Assembly: GCA_963666735.1 (NCBI GenBank)
Contig: OY762926.1
Span: 3,008,001-3,072,000, forward strand
Direction of reading: 5' to 3'
Origin: Gemmatimonadota bacterium
GTDB taxonomy: Bacteria; Gemmatimonadota; Gemmatimonadetes; Palauibacterales; Palauibacteraceae
Length of the DNA: 64,000 nucleotides
A program made the position numbers and the translations under genes. The number at the start of each line of letters is the position of its first letter. The first letter of the stretch is position 1. The notes beneath the pieces are model-generated. The model was not told the origin of the DNA and did no database searches. It worked only from the letters and a program-made list of their open reading frames with translations. Of this stretch, positions 1-8,940 are shown in pieces.

Positions 1-2
1 CG

Positions 3-1742
3 GCTCCAGGCGTCCCGGAGCGTCACCGTCCGGTTGAAGACGAGCGGGCCGGCGGCTCTCGTGGCCCGGTCCCGGACAAAGTAGCCGAGGCGCTCGAACT
101 GATAGGCCGTCTCGGGCGGATCGTCGGCGAGGCTCGGCTCGCCGCGCGCATGGGTCAGCACCTGCAGCGAATCCGGGTTGAGGCTCTCCCGGAGGCCTTC
201 GGCGCCTCCGGCCGGGTCGGAGACGCGGAACAGGCGATCGTAGAGGCGGACCTCCATCGGCGCCGACTCCGTGGCGGACACCCAGTGGATGGTCCCCGCC
301 GGCCGGCGCCCGTCGGGCGCCGCTCCGCTTCGCGTCGCCGGGTCGTACGTACAGTGCAGGCGCACGATCCGGCCGGCGTCGTTCTTCTCCACCCGCCGGC
401 ACGTGACGAAATAGCCGTGCCGCAGGCGCACCTCGCGCCCGGGGGCGAGCCGGCGGAAGCCCGGGGCCGGCTCCTCCGCGAAGTCATCCCGCTCGATGTA
501 CAGGACCCGGGTGAACGGGACCTTCCGCGTTTCCGGCCACCCTTCGGGCGGGGCATCGGCGCCGCGCGGAAAGTAGGGGGCCTCGATCCAGTCCACCTCG
601 CCCTCCGGGCAGTTCTCGATGACGACCTCGAGGGGACGCAGCACGGCAAGCACGCGCGGTGCCCGCCGGTTCAGCGCCTCGCGCACCGCCCATTCGAGCG
701 TGGCCATCTCCACCCGGTTGTCGGCCTTGCCGATTCCGACCTGCCGGCAGAAGGCGCGAATCGCATCCGGGGGGATGCCGCGGCGCCGGAAGCCGGCCAG
801 CGTGGGCATGCGCGGGTCGTCCCAGCCCGAGACGTGTCCCTCCTCGACGAGGAGGAGGAGTTTCCGCTTGCTGACGATCGTGTAGTCGAGATTGCGGCGC
901 GCGAACTCGTACTGGCGGGGCCGCGGATCCCAGGAGCCGAGCGCCTCTCCGCCGCCGCCCTCCGCTCCCGGTATGCGGTCGATGCGGGCGGACGCGGGAC
1001 GGGTGTGCTCGATGAACCAGTCGTAGAGCGCGCGGTTGTCCTGAAACTCGAGCGTGCAGAAGGAGTGCGTGATGCCCTCGATGGCGTCGGACTGGCCGTG
1101 CGCCCAGTCGTAGAAGGGGTAGATCGGCCACTCATCGCCCGTCCGGTAGTGGTGTGCGTGCCGGATTCGATACATGAGCGGATCGCGCAACTTCATGTTC
1201 GACGAGGCGAGGTCGATCCGCGCGCGGAGGACGTGCGCTCCATCGTCGAACTCGCCGGCCCGCATGCGCCGGAAGAGATCCAGGTTCTCCTCCGCCGAGC
1301 GATCCCGATACGGGCTGGGCCGGCTGGGTTCGCGCACCGACCCGCGGTGCGCGCGGATCTCCTCCTCGGACAGGCTGTCCACGTAGGCGAAGCCATCCTC
1401 GATCATCCGCAGCGCCATCCGGTACAGCGCCCCGAAGTAGTCCGACGCGTAGCGGATCCCGCCGTCCCACCCGAACCCGAGCCAGCGGATGTCCCGCGCG
1501 ATCGCCTCGACGTAGGAGGGGTTCTCCGTCGTCGGGTTCGTGTCGTCCATGCGCAGCGTCGTGCGGCCGCCGTACTCGCGCGCCACCTCGAAGTTGAGGC
1601 AGATGGCGGAGGCGTGGCCCACATGGAGGAAGCCGTTGGGTTCGGGCGGAAAGCGCGTGAGCACGCGCCCTCCGTGCCGTCCGCTCTCGACATCCTCGGC
1701 GACGATCTGACGGATGAAATCCGGACGCTCTCGTTGCGGCAT
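3..1742 (-). CDS. glnS: Glutamine--tRNA ligase (3' end runs off window)
   Basis: Not in the ORF track; translated by hand: MPQRERPDFIRQIVAEDVESGRHGGRVLTRFPPEPNGFLHVGHASAICLNF (HIGH-type motif), later 'VSKRKL' (KMSKS-type) and C-terminal 'LVFNRTVTLRDAW'. Confidence 0.96.
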   Translation of the reverse strand, partial: MPQRERPDFIRQIVAEDVESGRHGGRVLTRFPPEPNGFLHVGHASAICLNFEVAREYGGRTTLRMDDTNPTTENPSYVEAIARDIRWLGFGWDGGIRYASDYFGALYRMALRMIEDGFAYVDSLSEEEIRAHRGSVREPSRPSPYRDRSAEENLDLFRRMRAGEFDDGAHVLRARIDLASSNMKLRDPLMYRIRHAHHYRTGDEWPIYPFYDWAHGQSDAIEGITHSFCTLEFQDNRALYDWFIEHTRPASARIDRIPGAEGGGGEALGSWDPRPRQYEFARRNLDYTIVSKRKLLLLVEEGHVSGWDDPRMPTLAGFRRRGIPPDAIRAFCRQVGIGKADNRVEMATLEWAVREALNRRAPRVLAVLRPLEVVIENCPEGEVDWIEAPYFPRGADAPPEGWPETRKVPFTRVLYIERDDFAEEPAPGFRRLAPGREVRLRHGYFVTCRRVEKNDAGRIVRLHCTYDPATRSGAAPDGRRPAGTIHWVSATESAPMEVRLYDRLFRVSDPAGGAEGLRESLNPDSLQVLTHARGEPSLADDPPETAYQFERLGYFVRDRATRAAGPLVFNRTVTLRDAWS

Positions 1743-1820
1743 GGGGAGAAACTATGCGCTTGGCAGGCGATTCCGAACAGGCGCGCGACCGGATGCCGCG
1801 CCCCATGGAATCGTCCGTCG

Positions 1821-1855
1821 AAAAAAAAGGCCGGGTCCCGTTACGGACCCGGCCC
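1821..1855 (-). terminator. Rho-independent terminator of the small ORF 1888-2112
   Basis: GC hairpin GGCCGGGTCC...GGACCCGGCC next to A8 on + (U8 on - strand). Confidence 0.75.
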
Positions 1856-1887
1856 GACCGGCGGCGCCGCGAGCAATGCGGCTTCGC

Positions 1888-2112
1888 TCAGGACCTCGCG
1901 TGGGTGTCGAAATCCACAGCCGCGGGGGCCGCCGCGACGGGCGTCTCCGGACAGGTCACGGTTTCCGGGGCGTCCGGGGCTTCCGGCGTCCCGGCCGCCT
2001 GCGCGCCCTGCACGGACCCGCTGTGCGTGCCCAGGATCAGCCCCACCGCCATCACCAGCCAGGCCAGAGAGCCTGTGGTCGCCCACTTCGAGAATCTGTC
2101 CATGTGATCCAT
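1888..2112 (-). CDS. Small exported/membrane-anchored hypothetical protein (74 aa)
   Basis: GAGGAGG RBS before ATG at 2112, hydrophobic N-terminal segment, Pro/Ala-rich tail, followed by a terminator. Confidence 0.6.
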   Translation of the reverse strand: MDHMDRFSKWATTGSLAWLVMAVGLILGTHSGSVQGAQAAGTPEAPDAPETVTCPETPVAAAPAAVDFDTHARS

Positions 2113-2257
2113 CCCTCCTCGGAAATCGGCGGTTGCGACCTGTACCCTACGTGATACGGAAAAAAAGAGAGAAAGTTTCCATCGGTTCCTGAACCTTCGA
2201 CTCCGGAATCGACGAAATGGTTGGCAGGCGGCCTGTCCCGGGCGACGTCGCGGAGGG

Positions 2258-3031
2258 TCACGAAGGCCTCGTGAGGCGGGCGAGCCAGTCCCCGTTTCCA
2301 TCCTCGAACGCCACCTCCAGCCGCCAACCCGCTCGCGCGGCGTGGCGCGCGAGCGTTTCGGGATCGACGTACAATTCGCGAAAGAGCCGGCCCACGCGGC
2401 CCGCGTGGGCGAGTTCGATCCAGGCCTGGCCGGGATACCCGCCGGCGGGCGGCCAGCCGGCCATCGCCGAGGGGCCGCGAGGGACGGCCTCCGCGCCATC
2501 GATCAGGACCTGCCCGCCCGGCGACAGGAACCGGGGGGCGTGCGCGAGGAAACGGTCGAGGCCCGCGAGGGTGCCCACCGGCCCCAGCCCGTTCATGAGC
2601 ATCAGGACCGTGTCGAAGCCCGGTCGCCACCAGTGGCGGAAGTCGGCGTGCACGACCGACGCCGCCCCGCGCGCCCGCAACAGACGAGCGATCGCGGCGG
2701 AGCCTTCCACCGCGACGACGGGGCGTCCCCGCGCCTCGAGCGCGAGGGTGTGCGGTCCCGCGCCGGCCCCGAGATCGAGCACGCGCCCGCGGCACAACTC
2801 GATGGCATAGCGCTCGAAGTCCATCCATTGATCCGGGGTCCGAAAGAAAAACCCGACCGGCAGCGATGCGTCTTCCCCGAGACTGCTGCGCAGCCGAAGT
2901 CCGGGATCCGATTCCCCCGCCGCGTACGCGGCCAGCGCGCTCGCAAAGGGGGCGAGCGGCGGCACTCGCCCGCGATAGAGGCCGGGCTCCCGGGTGGGAG
3001 CGGGCCGGGTGGGAGCGGGCCGGGGCGTCAC
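2258..3031 (-). CDS. Class I SAM-dependent methyltransferase
   Basis: Motif I 'GRVLDLGAGAG', 'FDTVLMLMNGLG', 'LSPGGQVLID'. Confidence 0.88.
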   Translation of the reverse strand: MTPRPAPTRPAPTREPGLYRGRVPPLAPFASALAAYAAGESDPGLRLRSSLGEDASLPVGFFFRTPDQWMDFERYAIELCRGRVLDLGAGAGPHTLALEARGRPVVAVEGSAAIARLLRARGAASVVHADFRHWWRPGFDTVLMLMNGLGPVGTLAGLDRFLAHAPRFLSPGGQVLIDGAEAVPRGPSAMAGWPPAGGYPGQAWIELAHAGRVGRLFRELYVDPETLARHAARAGWRLEVAFEDGNGDWLARLTRPS

Positions 3032-3327
3032 GGATGGGGCAGCAGCGCCTGCGCCGCGGTGGGTTCATCCAGGTCCCGGACCCATATCGACTTGACGCGT
3101 CCCGCATGGCCGGAACGAATCTCGATGTCCGAGCGGGGGAGGCGGAGTCGCCGCGCGAGGAACTTGAGCAGCGCGCGGTTTGCGGCACCGTCCACGGGCG
3201 GTGCGGCCACGCGAATGCGGAGGGCCTCCCCATGAACGCCCGCGACGCCGGTGCGACTCGCGCGCGGCTGAGTCCGGATTCGCAGAATGCCGCCCCCGGG
3301 GGCGGCGGAATACCAGTTCAGCGCCAC
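3028..3327 (-). CDS. DUF167/YggU family protein
   Basis: 'QPRASRTGVAG...LRIRVAAPPVDGAANRALLKFLA...GHAGRVK'; GTG start overlapping the end of the upstream gene. Confidence 0.9.
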   Translation of the reverse strand: MALNWYSAAPGGGILRIRTQPRASRTGVAGVHGEALRIRVAAPPVDGAANRALLKFLARRLRLPRSDIEIRSGHAGRVKSIWVRDLDEPTAAQALLPHP

Positions 3328-3527
3328 CTCAGGGCCTCGAACACCGTTCGGCACGCGTTGCAGTAATATTGGGCGGTCGACGCTTGTCCCCCGAAGGTGG
3401 CGAACGGGTCGGAATCGTCCGAGCCGCAGAAGGGGCAGGGGATCGAAACCGGCATGGCGGACGATTCGACGGGATCGTCGAGCGTCGACCGCCCCGCCGG
3501 CCGGTTGGGTTTCGCGTCGCCGGACAC
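3318..3527 (-). CDS. Stand-alone PaaD-type zinc-ribbon protein
   Basis: CPFCGS...FGG...YYCNACRTVFE resembles the PaaD C-terminal domain; directly follows the paaC-like gene. Confidence 0.8.
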   Translation of the reverse strand: MSGDAKPNRPAGRSTLDDPVESSAMPVSIPCPFCGSDDSDPFATFGGQASTAQYYCNACRTVFEALRWR

Positions 3528-3530
3528 GGT

Positions 3531-4355
3531 TCAGTCCAGGAGGAGCGTACGGTTGCGGTCGCCGCGCACTCGCGCCAGAGAGTCTTCATCGGGCCCGCCC
3601 CCCGCCGTGCGACGCCGCCGTGCGCGGCAGCCCTCCCAGGCCGGTTCGCGGGTGCTGACCCAGCCGGCATCGGCCGCCCGGGCGAGTCCCGTCTCCGCGG
3701 CGAGCGGCCCCACCCGCTCGAGCCAGCGCGCCCGCGCCCCGCGCGCATCCCCCCTCACGACCCCGTGGTGGGCGAGCGTCGACACGAGCGGGTCATCCCC
3801 GGCCCCGAACCAGCACAGACACGCGTTCCAGGCCGCTCCGAAGGCTTCGGCCAGCGCCGTGCGTCCGCCCTCGGCGCTCAGCAGGCGGGAGGTCCACCCC
3901 TGTCCGTGGTCGAAATGGAACCGCTCTTCCTCGAGCAGTTTGCGCACCTTGTAGTGGATCGGTTCGTAGCGGCTCTCCACGAGCATTTCGAACTGGACCG
4001 AGAGCGCGGTGTCCCACAGGAAGTTGAGGGCGAGGAACTCCTCCCAGGACGCGACGTCCCGGTCGAGCAGTTCCGAACTGTGGTACTCGCCGGCCCCGCG
4101 TTCGTGCTCGAGCGCGGACGGATCGTGGCCGAAGTCGCGCAGCAGCGCATAGAGGATGCGGGCGTGCCCCCACTCATCCTGCGCCATGGCGGAGCAGGCG
4201 ATGCCGGCCTCGACCGAGGGCGCCCCGAGAATCCAGTCCGAGTAGCGGAGGCCGAGCAGCCGCTTGTTGTCGGCGAGGGCGAGAAGGAGGTTGCCGAGGT
4301 GTCCCGACACCTCCTCCGGCAAGTCCTCCGCGGACCGGAAGCCGCTCTCCGTCAT
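3531..4355 (-). CDS. paaC: Phenylacetyl-CoA epoxidase subunit C-like (ferritin-like)
   Basis: 'LADNKRLLGLRYSDW..APSVEAGIACSAMAQDEWGHAR', 'EERFHFDHG'; ATGA overlap with paaB. Confidence 0.85.
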   Translation of the reverse strand: MTESGFRSAEDLPEEVSGHLGNLLLALADNKRLLGLRYSDWILGAPSVEAGIACSAMAQDEWGHARILYALLRDFGHDPSALEHERGAGEYHSSELLDRDVASWEEFLALNFLWDTALSVQFEMLVESRYEPIHYKVRKLLEEERFHFDHGQGWTSRLLSAEGGRTALAEAFGAAWNACLCWFGAGDDPLVSTLAHHGVVRGDARGARARWLERVGPLAAETGLARAADAGWVSTREPAWEGCRARRRRTAGGGPDEDSLARVRGDRNRTLLLD

Positions 4356-4624
4356 CGTGAATCCGCCGTCGCGCGCGCGCCCGAACCGCCGAGCGTGAAC
4401 GGGGCCTGCGGCCGATTCACCGCCGCGAACGCATCGCGCGGCGCGACCGTCATCTCGAACCACTTCGCCTCGTCGTACGTCTGCCACGCGTAGACGCGCG
4501 CCAACTGCTCGTTGGGGGCGGACACCGCGCCCACGTGCTCGAAGCGGTCCGCCCTCTTCTTGCGCGCGAACACTTCGTAGACGCGTCCGTTACGCCTCAC
4601 GCCGCCCCTCCCGTCACTGCTCAC
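4352..4624 (-). CDS. paaB: Phenylacetyl-CoA epoxidase subunit B-like
   Basis: 'YEVFARK...HVGAVSAPNEQLARVYA..YDE' PaaB signature. Confidence 0.85.
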   Translation of the reverse strand: MSSDGRGGVRRNGRVYEVFARKKRADRFEHVGAVSAPNEQLARVYAWQTYDEAKWFEMTVAPRDAFAAVNRPQAPFTLGGSGARATADSR

Positions 4625-4631
4625 GTGCCGC

Positions 4632-5117
4632 TCACGTCACGACTCCGACGGAGCGCAGAAGCGCCCGGCCGCGCGAGGAGATGGCGGCCGTCGTCCACGG
4701 AGGATCCCACTCCGTCACGATCTCGACCTCCCGGACGCCGTCCAGCTCCAGCAGGCGCTGCCGCACGTCCCACTCGATGAAGTCCATGCATGGGCAGGCC
4801 GTGGCCGTGAAGGTGAGATGGACGGTGAGGGTCCCGGCTGCCTCGTCTCCCTCGACCCCGCGAACGAGTCCGAGGTCGACGATCGAAATCGGAAACTCGG
4901 GGTCCGCGACTTCGTAGAGCGCCCGGCGCGCCCGTTCCGCGAGATCCTCGGCCGGTTGGGCGAACGCGGGAGGGAGCGGCAGTTCCCGACCGCCCCGCGT
5001 CTCCCGGAGGACGGCGCCGAAGTCCATGCCCGCTTCGTACCGCGGGACGTAGCGCGGGAGGGACCGCGGCAGGCGCCGAGGCCGCGCCGCGCCGTGAGCC
5101 GTGCCGCCGGCGTTCAT
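4632..5117 (-). CDS. paaD: PaaD/DUF59 metal-sulfur cluster assembly protein (without zinc ribbon)
   Basis: 'DPEFPISIVDLGLV', 'TFTATACPCM', 'WDPPWT'; ATGA overlap with the paaA stop. Confidence 0.85.
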   Translation of the reverse strand: MNAGGTAHGAARPRRLPRSLPRYVPRYEAGMDFGAVLRETRGGRELPLPPAFAQPAEDLAERARRALYEVADPEFPISIVDLGLVRGVEGDEAAGTLTVHLTFTATACPCMDFIEWDVRQRLLELDGVREVEIVTEWDPPWTTAAISSRGRALLRSVGVVT

Positions 5118-6052
5118 GCCGCGAGCAGCCGCTCGACCGCGAATCGACTTCTCCGCAGCGAATCGACGTACTGCTCGTTCATGGGGCCGCGCGCCTTCCA
5201 CCGCTCGAACACCTGCTTCCAGGTGATCGTCTCGTTGAAGAGCCAGCGCCGCGCCTTCGGGTCGTACTGGCAGGGCAGCTCGTAGGTCAGCTCCACTTCG
5301 TCCGTATCGGGGTCGCAGCGCGCCGGAAGGTCGTAACCCAGCTCCTCGCACAGCGGCACGACCGCCCTGAGCCAGGTCTGGCGGAGCTGGTCGTTCGTCA
5401 TCCCCTTGAGGCGGAAGTCGAGCTGGGCGTTGTGGTGCTTCCGGTCGTCCGGCATGCCGAACCACTCCACGCCCATTGGAAACATCCAGTCGAGCGTCCG
5501 CTGAACCGCCTCCTTCGCGGCGCCTCCCGCCTCGGCGAAGCGGCGGATCCAGACCTCCCCGTGCCGCAGGTGGAAGTTCTCCTCCATACTCACCTTGACG
5601 AGGCCGCGCTTGAGGGGCCCGTAGCTCGTGTTGCGGTGTACGTCGCCCAGCAGCGTGATCCCGGCCCGGTCGTAGAGCGCGTTCGCCGAGACGAGTGCGG
5701 CCCAGTCCACGAGCGGCTGGTCGAAGCCGTAGGGGTGCTTGAAATGGGCGGGTTCCCGCTCGTAGAGCAGCCAGTGGCGGTCCACGCCCAGATCCTCGAG
5801 CAGGCGGTACGCGATGTTCGCGTGCCCGAGTTCGTCCTGAATGATCGCCGTGGCGGAGACCATCGTGTTCGTGGACGGAGCGTCGCGCGCGGCCATGAAG
5901 TAGGCCGGCGCGCTGATCAGTTCCGTGTCCCCCTGGACCGTGAGCTGCGTGATCAGCGCCCGCTTGTAGGTTTCCGTCATGTCCTCTTCGGACTCGACGA
6001 TGAACCCTTCCTGTACCTTCCGCTGCAACTCCTCGTCCGTGAAACGTCCCAT
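5114..6052 (-). CDS. paaA: Phenylacetyl-CoA epoxidase subunit A-like (diiron, divergent clade)
   Basis: Diiron motifs 'QDELGH' and 'EENFHLRHG', plus 'TSYGPL', 'FGMPD', 'TNDQLRQ'. Confidence 0.85.
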   Translation of the reverse strand: MGRFTDEELQRKVQEGFIVESEEDMTETYKRALITQLTVQGDTELISAPAYFMAARDAPSTNTMVSATAIIQDELGHANIAYRLLEDLGVDRHWLLYEREPAHFKHPYGFDQPLVDWAALVSANALYDRAGITLLGDVHRNTSYGPLKRGLVKVSMEENFHLRHGEVWIRRFAEAGGAAKEAVQRTLDWMFPMGVEWFGMPDDRKHHNAQLDFRLKGMTNDQLRQTWLRAVVPLCEELGYDLPARCDPDTDEVELTYELPCQYDPKARRWLFNETITWKQVFERWKARGPMNEQYVDSLRRSRFAVERLLAA

Positions 6053-6109
6053 ACCGTGGCGCCTCTCCCGCCCGCACCGGATCCTCCGCCCGGCGGGCGA
6101 ACCGTGAAT

Positions 6110-7078
6110 CTACATTGAACTCGCGTCGGGCGTGTCCGGGGTCGCGTCGGCCGTGTGCGAAGCCAGCCGCCGTCCGGCCCGGAAACGAATCGCGCCCCCT
6201 CGGAGCGCGAGCGTCATCCGGTCGCCGTCGACCTGGAACGCTGTCACGGAACGAAGCGCTTCGAGCAAGCGCTGCTCGAAGTCCGCCTGCCGCCCCCGGC
6301 ACTGCCTGCGCATGGCCGCGACGCCGTACAACCGCAGGGCCTCCGCCTCGTGCATTCGGAAGCTCCCGAAAATCCGATTGCAGCCCGCGAATCCCGCCAA
6401 CTGCCCGGTGACGTCCGCGGCGTCGCGCAGGTCCGCCTGGAATCTGAGCGTCACCGGTTCACGCGGCGCGCGGAGGTTCGCGCTCCAGTCCCCGCTGTCG
6501 AACGATTCAAGCTCCCATTCGTGCGTGTAAAGCGCAGGCGTGGCGGCTTGCGCGTCCTCCCCGTCGTCGACGTCGATGAGGGTGGTGGAGGCGAGTCCCC
6601 GATCCGTCAGCGCGAAGTAGGGGGTCCGGTCGACCGAGGGGCGGACCGTGACCGGGTCGCCCGGCCTGCGCACCCGGACGCTCATCCGGATCACGCCGTC
6701 GAGAATCTCCGCCCGGAGGACGTCGATCCGGTCTCCGATGAGGCGCGCGGACACGTCCCGCAGCTGATCGCCGTCTCTCAGAACGGCATGCAGGGTCAGG
6801 AACCGCTCCCGCCCGTGATCCGCCGCGAGCACCGCGATGGCGTCGACGTCCGAATCGAAATCGAGATCGCCGTCGGCCGTGAGGAGAAGTTCGTGGCGCA
6901 CATTGTCCTCACTGACCCCCGTTCCCGCCGTGAGCGTGACCTCGCCACCGTCCAGCGTGAGGAACGTCGCGTCCTCCAACACCTCCCGGCTCGGAGTTAC
7001 GGGCTCGTCGCCGCACCCCATGGCCCCGAACGCCGCGACGAGCAGCCCCGCACGCAGCAGATTCCGTCCGCCCCTCAC
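6110..7078 (-). CDS. META-domain lipoprotein
   Basis: Lipobox 'AMGC'; C-terminal 'GFAGCNRIFGSF...AAMRRQC...EQRLLEAL'; GTGA overlap with the pruA stop. Confidence 0.8.
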   Translation of the reverse strand: MRGGRNLLRAGLLVAAFGAMGCGDEPVTPSREVLEDATFLTLDGGEVTLTAGTGVSEDNVRHELLLTADGDLDFDSDVDAIAVLAADHGRERFLTLHAVLRDGDQLRDVSARLIGDRIDVLRAEILDGVIRMSVRVRRPGDPVTVRPSVDRTPYFALTDRGLASTTLIDVDDGEDAQAATPALYTHEWELESFDSGDWSANLRAPREPVTLRFQADLRDAADVTGQLAGFAGCNRIFGSFRMHEAEALRLYGVAAMRRQCRGRQADFEQRLLEALRSVTAFQVDGDRMTLALRGGAIRFRAGRRLASHTADATPDTPDASSM

Positions 7079-8721
7079 TCTTCCTCCATGTAGGGATACC
7101 GGTAGTCGACCGGCGGGTCGAAGGTCTCCTTGATCGTCCGGGGGGAGACCCAGCGCACGAGGTTCAGAACGGACCCGGCCTTGTCGTTCGTGCCGCTCGC
7201 GCGACCGCCGCCGAAGGGCTGCTGGCCGACCACCGCGCCGGAGGGCTTGTCGTTGATGTAGTAGTTCCCCGCCGCATTCCGAAGCGCCGCGCCCGCGCTT
7301 CGAACGGCCGCCGGGTCGCGCGCGAACACCGCGCCCGTGAGCGCGTACGGAGACGTTCCGTCGACCAGGGCGAGCGTGGATTCCCAGTCCGAGGCGCGGT
7401 ACGGGTGCAGGGTGACGACCGGCCCGAAGATCTCCTCGCACATCAGCTTGTGCCCGGGGTTGTCCGCCTGGACCAGCGTGGGTTCGATGAAATAGCCCCG
7501 GCTGTCGTCGCAGCCGCCGCCGGCGAGGATGCGCGCATCGCCGGATTCGCGAGCGTAGTCGATGTACGACTTGATGCGGTCGAACGCCGGCCGGTCGATC
7601 ACCGCGCCGAGGAAGTTCCGGAAGTCCGCCGGGTCGCCCATGCGAAGTTCCTCGGTCATCGCGACGGCCCGGTCCCGCACATCCTCCCACATCGTGTCCG
7701 GCACGTACACGCGCGATGTCGCCGAGCACTTCTGTCCCTGGTACTCGAAGCCGCCCTGCACGATCGCGACCGCGAGCGCCTGCGGGTCCGCGCTCTCGTG
7801 GGCGAGGATGAAGTCCTTCCCTCCCGTCTCGCCGACGAGTCTCGGATAGGCGCGATAGTTCTCCACGTTCTGCGCGACGGACTTCCAGAGATGCTGGAAC
7901 GTGCCGGTCGAACCGGTGAAGTGGATGCCCCCGAGTTCCGGGCTCGACAGCAGGACATCGCTGATCTCCGAAGCCACGCCGGGGATGAAGTTGATCACGC
8001 CCGGGGGGAGCCCCGCGGCTTCGAGAAGCTTCATCACGTAGTGGGACCCGAGCACGCCGGTGGTCGAGGGCTTCCAGATCGCGACGTTTCCCATGAGCGC
8101 GGGAGACGTGGTCAGATTGGCTCCGATGGCCGTGAAGTTGAACGGACTGATGGCGTAGACGAACCCCTCGAGCGGGCGGTGGTCCATGCGGTTCCGCACG
8201 CCCGGCCCGGAGATGGGCTGCTCCGCGTGCACGCGTCCCGCGAAAAAGGAGTTGAAGCGCCAGAAATCGACGACCTCGCAGGCGGCGTCGATTTCGGCCT
8301 GGAGCGCCGTCTTGCTCTGCCCGAGCATGGTCGCCGCGTTGAGCTTCATCCTCCACGGGCCGGCGAGCAGTTCCGCGGCGCGGAGGAGAATCGCGGCCCG
8401 GTCCTCCCAGGCCCAGTTCGACCACTCCGCCCAGGCCGCGCGCGAGGCGTCGATGGCGGCCCGGGCCTCGGCGGTCCCGGCGATGTGGCAGCGAGCCAGC
8501 ACGTGGCCGTGGTCGTGCGGCATCGCGACGTCGAACGTCTTCGATGTCCGCACCTCGCGCCCGCCGATGATCAGCGGGATCTCGACGACCTCGCTCCGCT
8601 GGCGGAGCAACTCTTCCTTCAGAGCGGCCCGTTCCGGAGTGCCCGGGGCGTAGTCGTAGACAGGTTCGTTGGCGGGAGCCGGAATTGCGCCCTGCTGAAC
8701 CTCGCCGGCAAGTGGTTTCAT
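7075..8721 (-). CDS. pruA: L-glutamate gamma-semialdehyde (P5C) dehydrogenase
   Basis: 'NEPVYDYAPG', 'ISPFNFT', 'ETGGKDF', 'GQKCSA', 'QQPFGGGRASGTNDKAGS'. Confidence 0.96.
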   Translation of the reverse strand: MKPLAGEVQQGAIPAPANEPVYDYAPGTPERAALKEELLRQRSEVVEIPLIIGGREVRTSKTFDVAMPHDHGHVLARCHIAGTAEARAAIDASRAAWAEWSNWAWEDRAAILLRAAELLAGPWRMKLNAATMLGQSKTALQAEIDAACEVVDFWRFNSFFAGRVHAEQPISGPGVRNRMDHRPLEGFVYAISPFNFTAIGANLTTSPALMGNVAIWKPSTTGVLGSHYVMKLLEAAGLPPGVINFIPGVASEISDVLLSSPELGGIHFTGSTGTFQHLWKSVAQNVENYRAYPRLVGETGGKDFILAHESADPQALAVAIVQGGFEYQGQKCSATSRVYVPDTMWEDVRDRAVAMTEELRMGDPADFRNFLGAVIDRPAFDRIKSYIDYARESGDARILAGGGCDDSRGYFIEPTLVQADNPGHKLMCEEIFGPVVTLHPYRASDWESTLALVDGTSPYALTGAVFARDPAAVRSAGAALRNAAGNYYINDKPSGAVVGQQPFGGGRASGTNDKAGSVLNLVRWVSPRTIKETFDPPVDYRYPYMEEE

Positions 8722-8940
8722 GAAGGGATCCCCCTGGGTGAATTCGTTCGCGAAGGGAGCGCAATCTGGCGCTCCGCGAGCGAGATTGAAAGGTGCCCGG
8801 CGCGCGGCCGCGCGCCCGTCCGCGGCCGTCCGTATCCGCTCGGGGAGACATCCGCCGTCCGCCCTTGTATCGTGCTGTGTATCGTGCAGTGGACGCGCGC
8901 CGGATTCGTTTGGTTGCCGACGAGGAAGAGCACGGAAAAC

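Noticed and set aside
150..2192. 680-aa + strand ORF and many similar long ORFs (e.g. 18882-21425, 48303-50870, 60546-62858)
   Set aside because: Antisense shadows of glnS, ppk1, E1 and the monooxygenase. Expected in high-GC DNA, Arg/Pro/Gly-rich, no motifs.
7405..8940. Apparent N-terminal half of a 1008-aa OmpA fusion
   Set aside because: Antisense to pruA; the real protein starts at the signal peptide at 8941. The same applies to the long 5' extensions of the META, amidohydrolase, lipB, kynU and monooxygenase ORFs.
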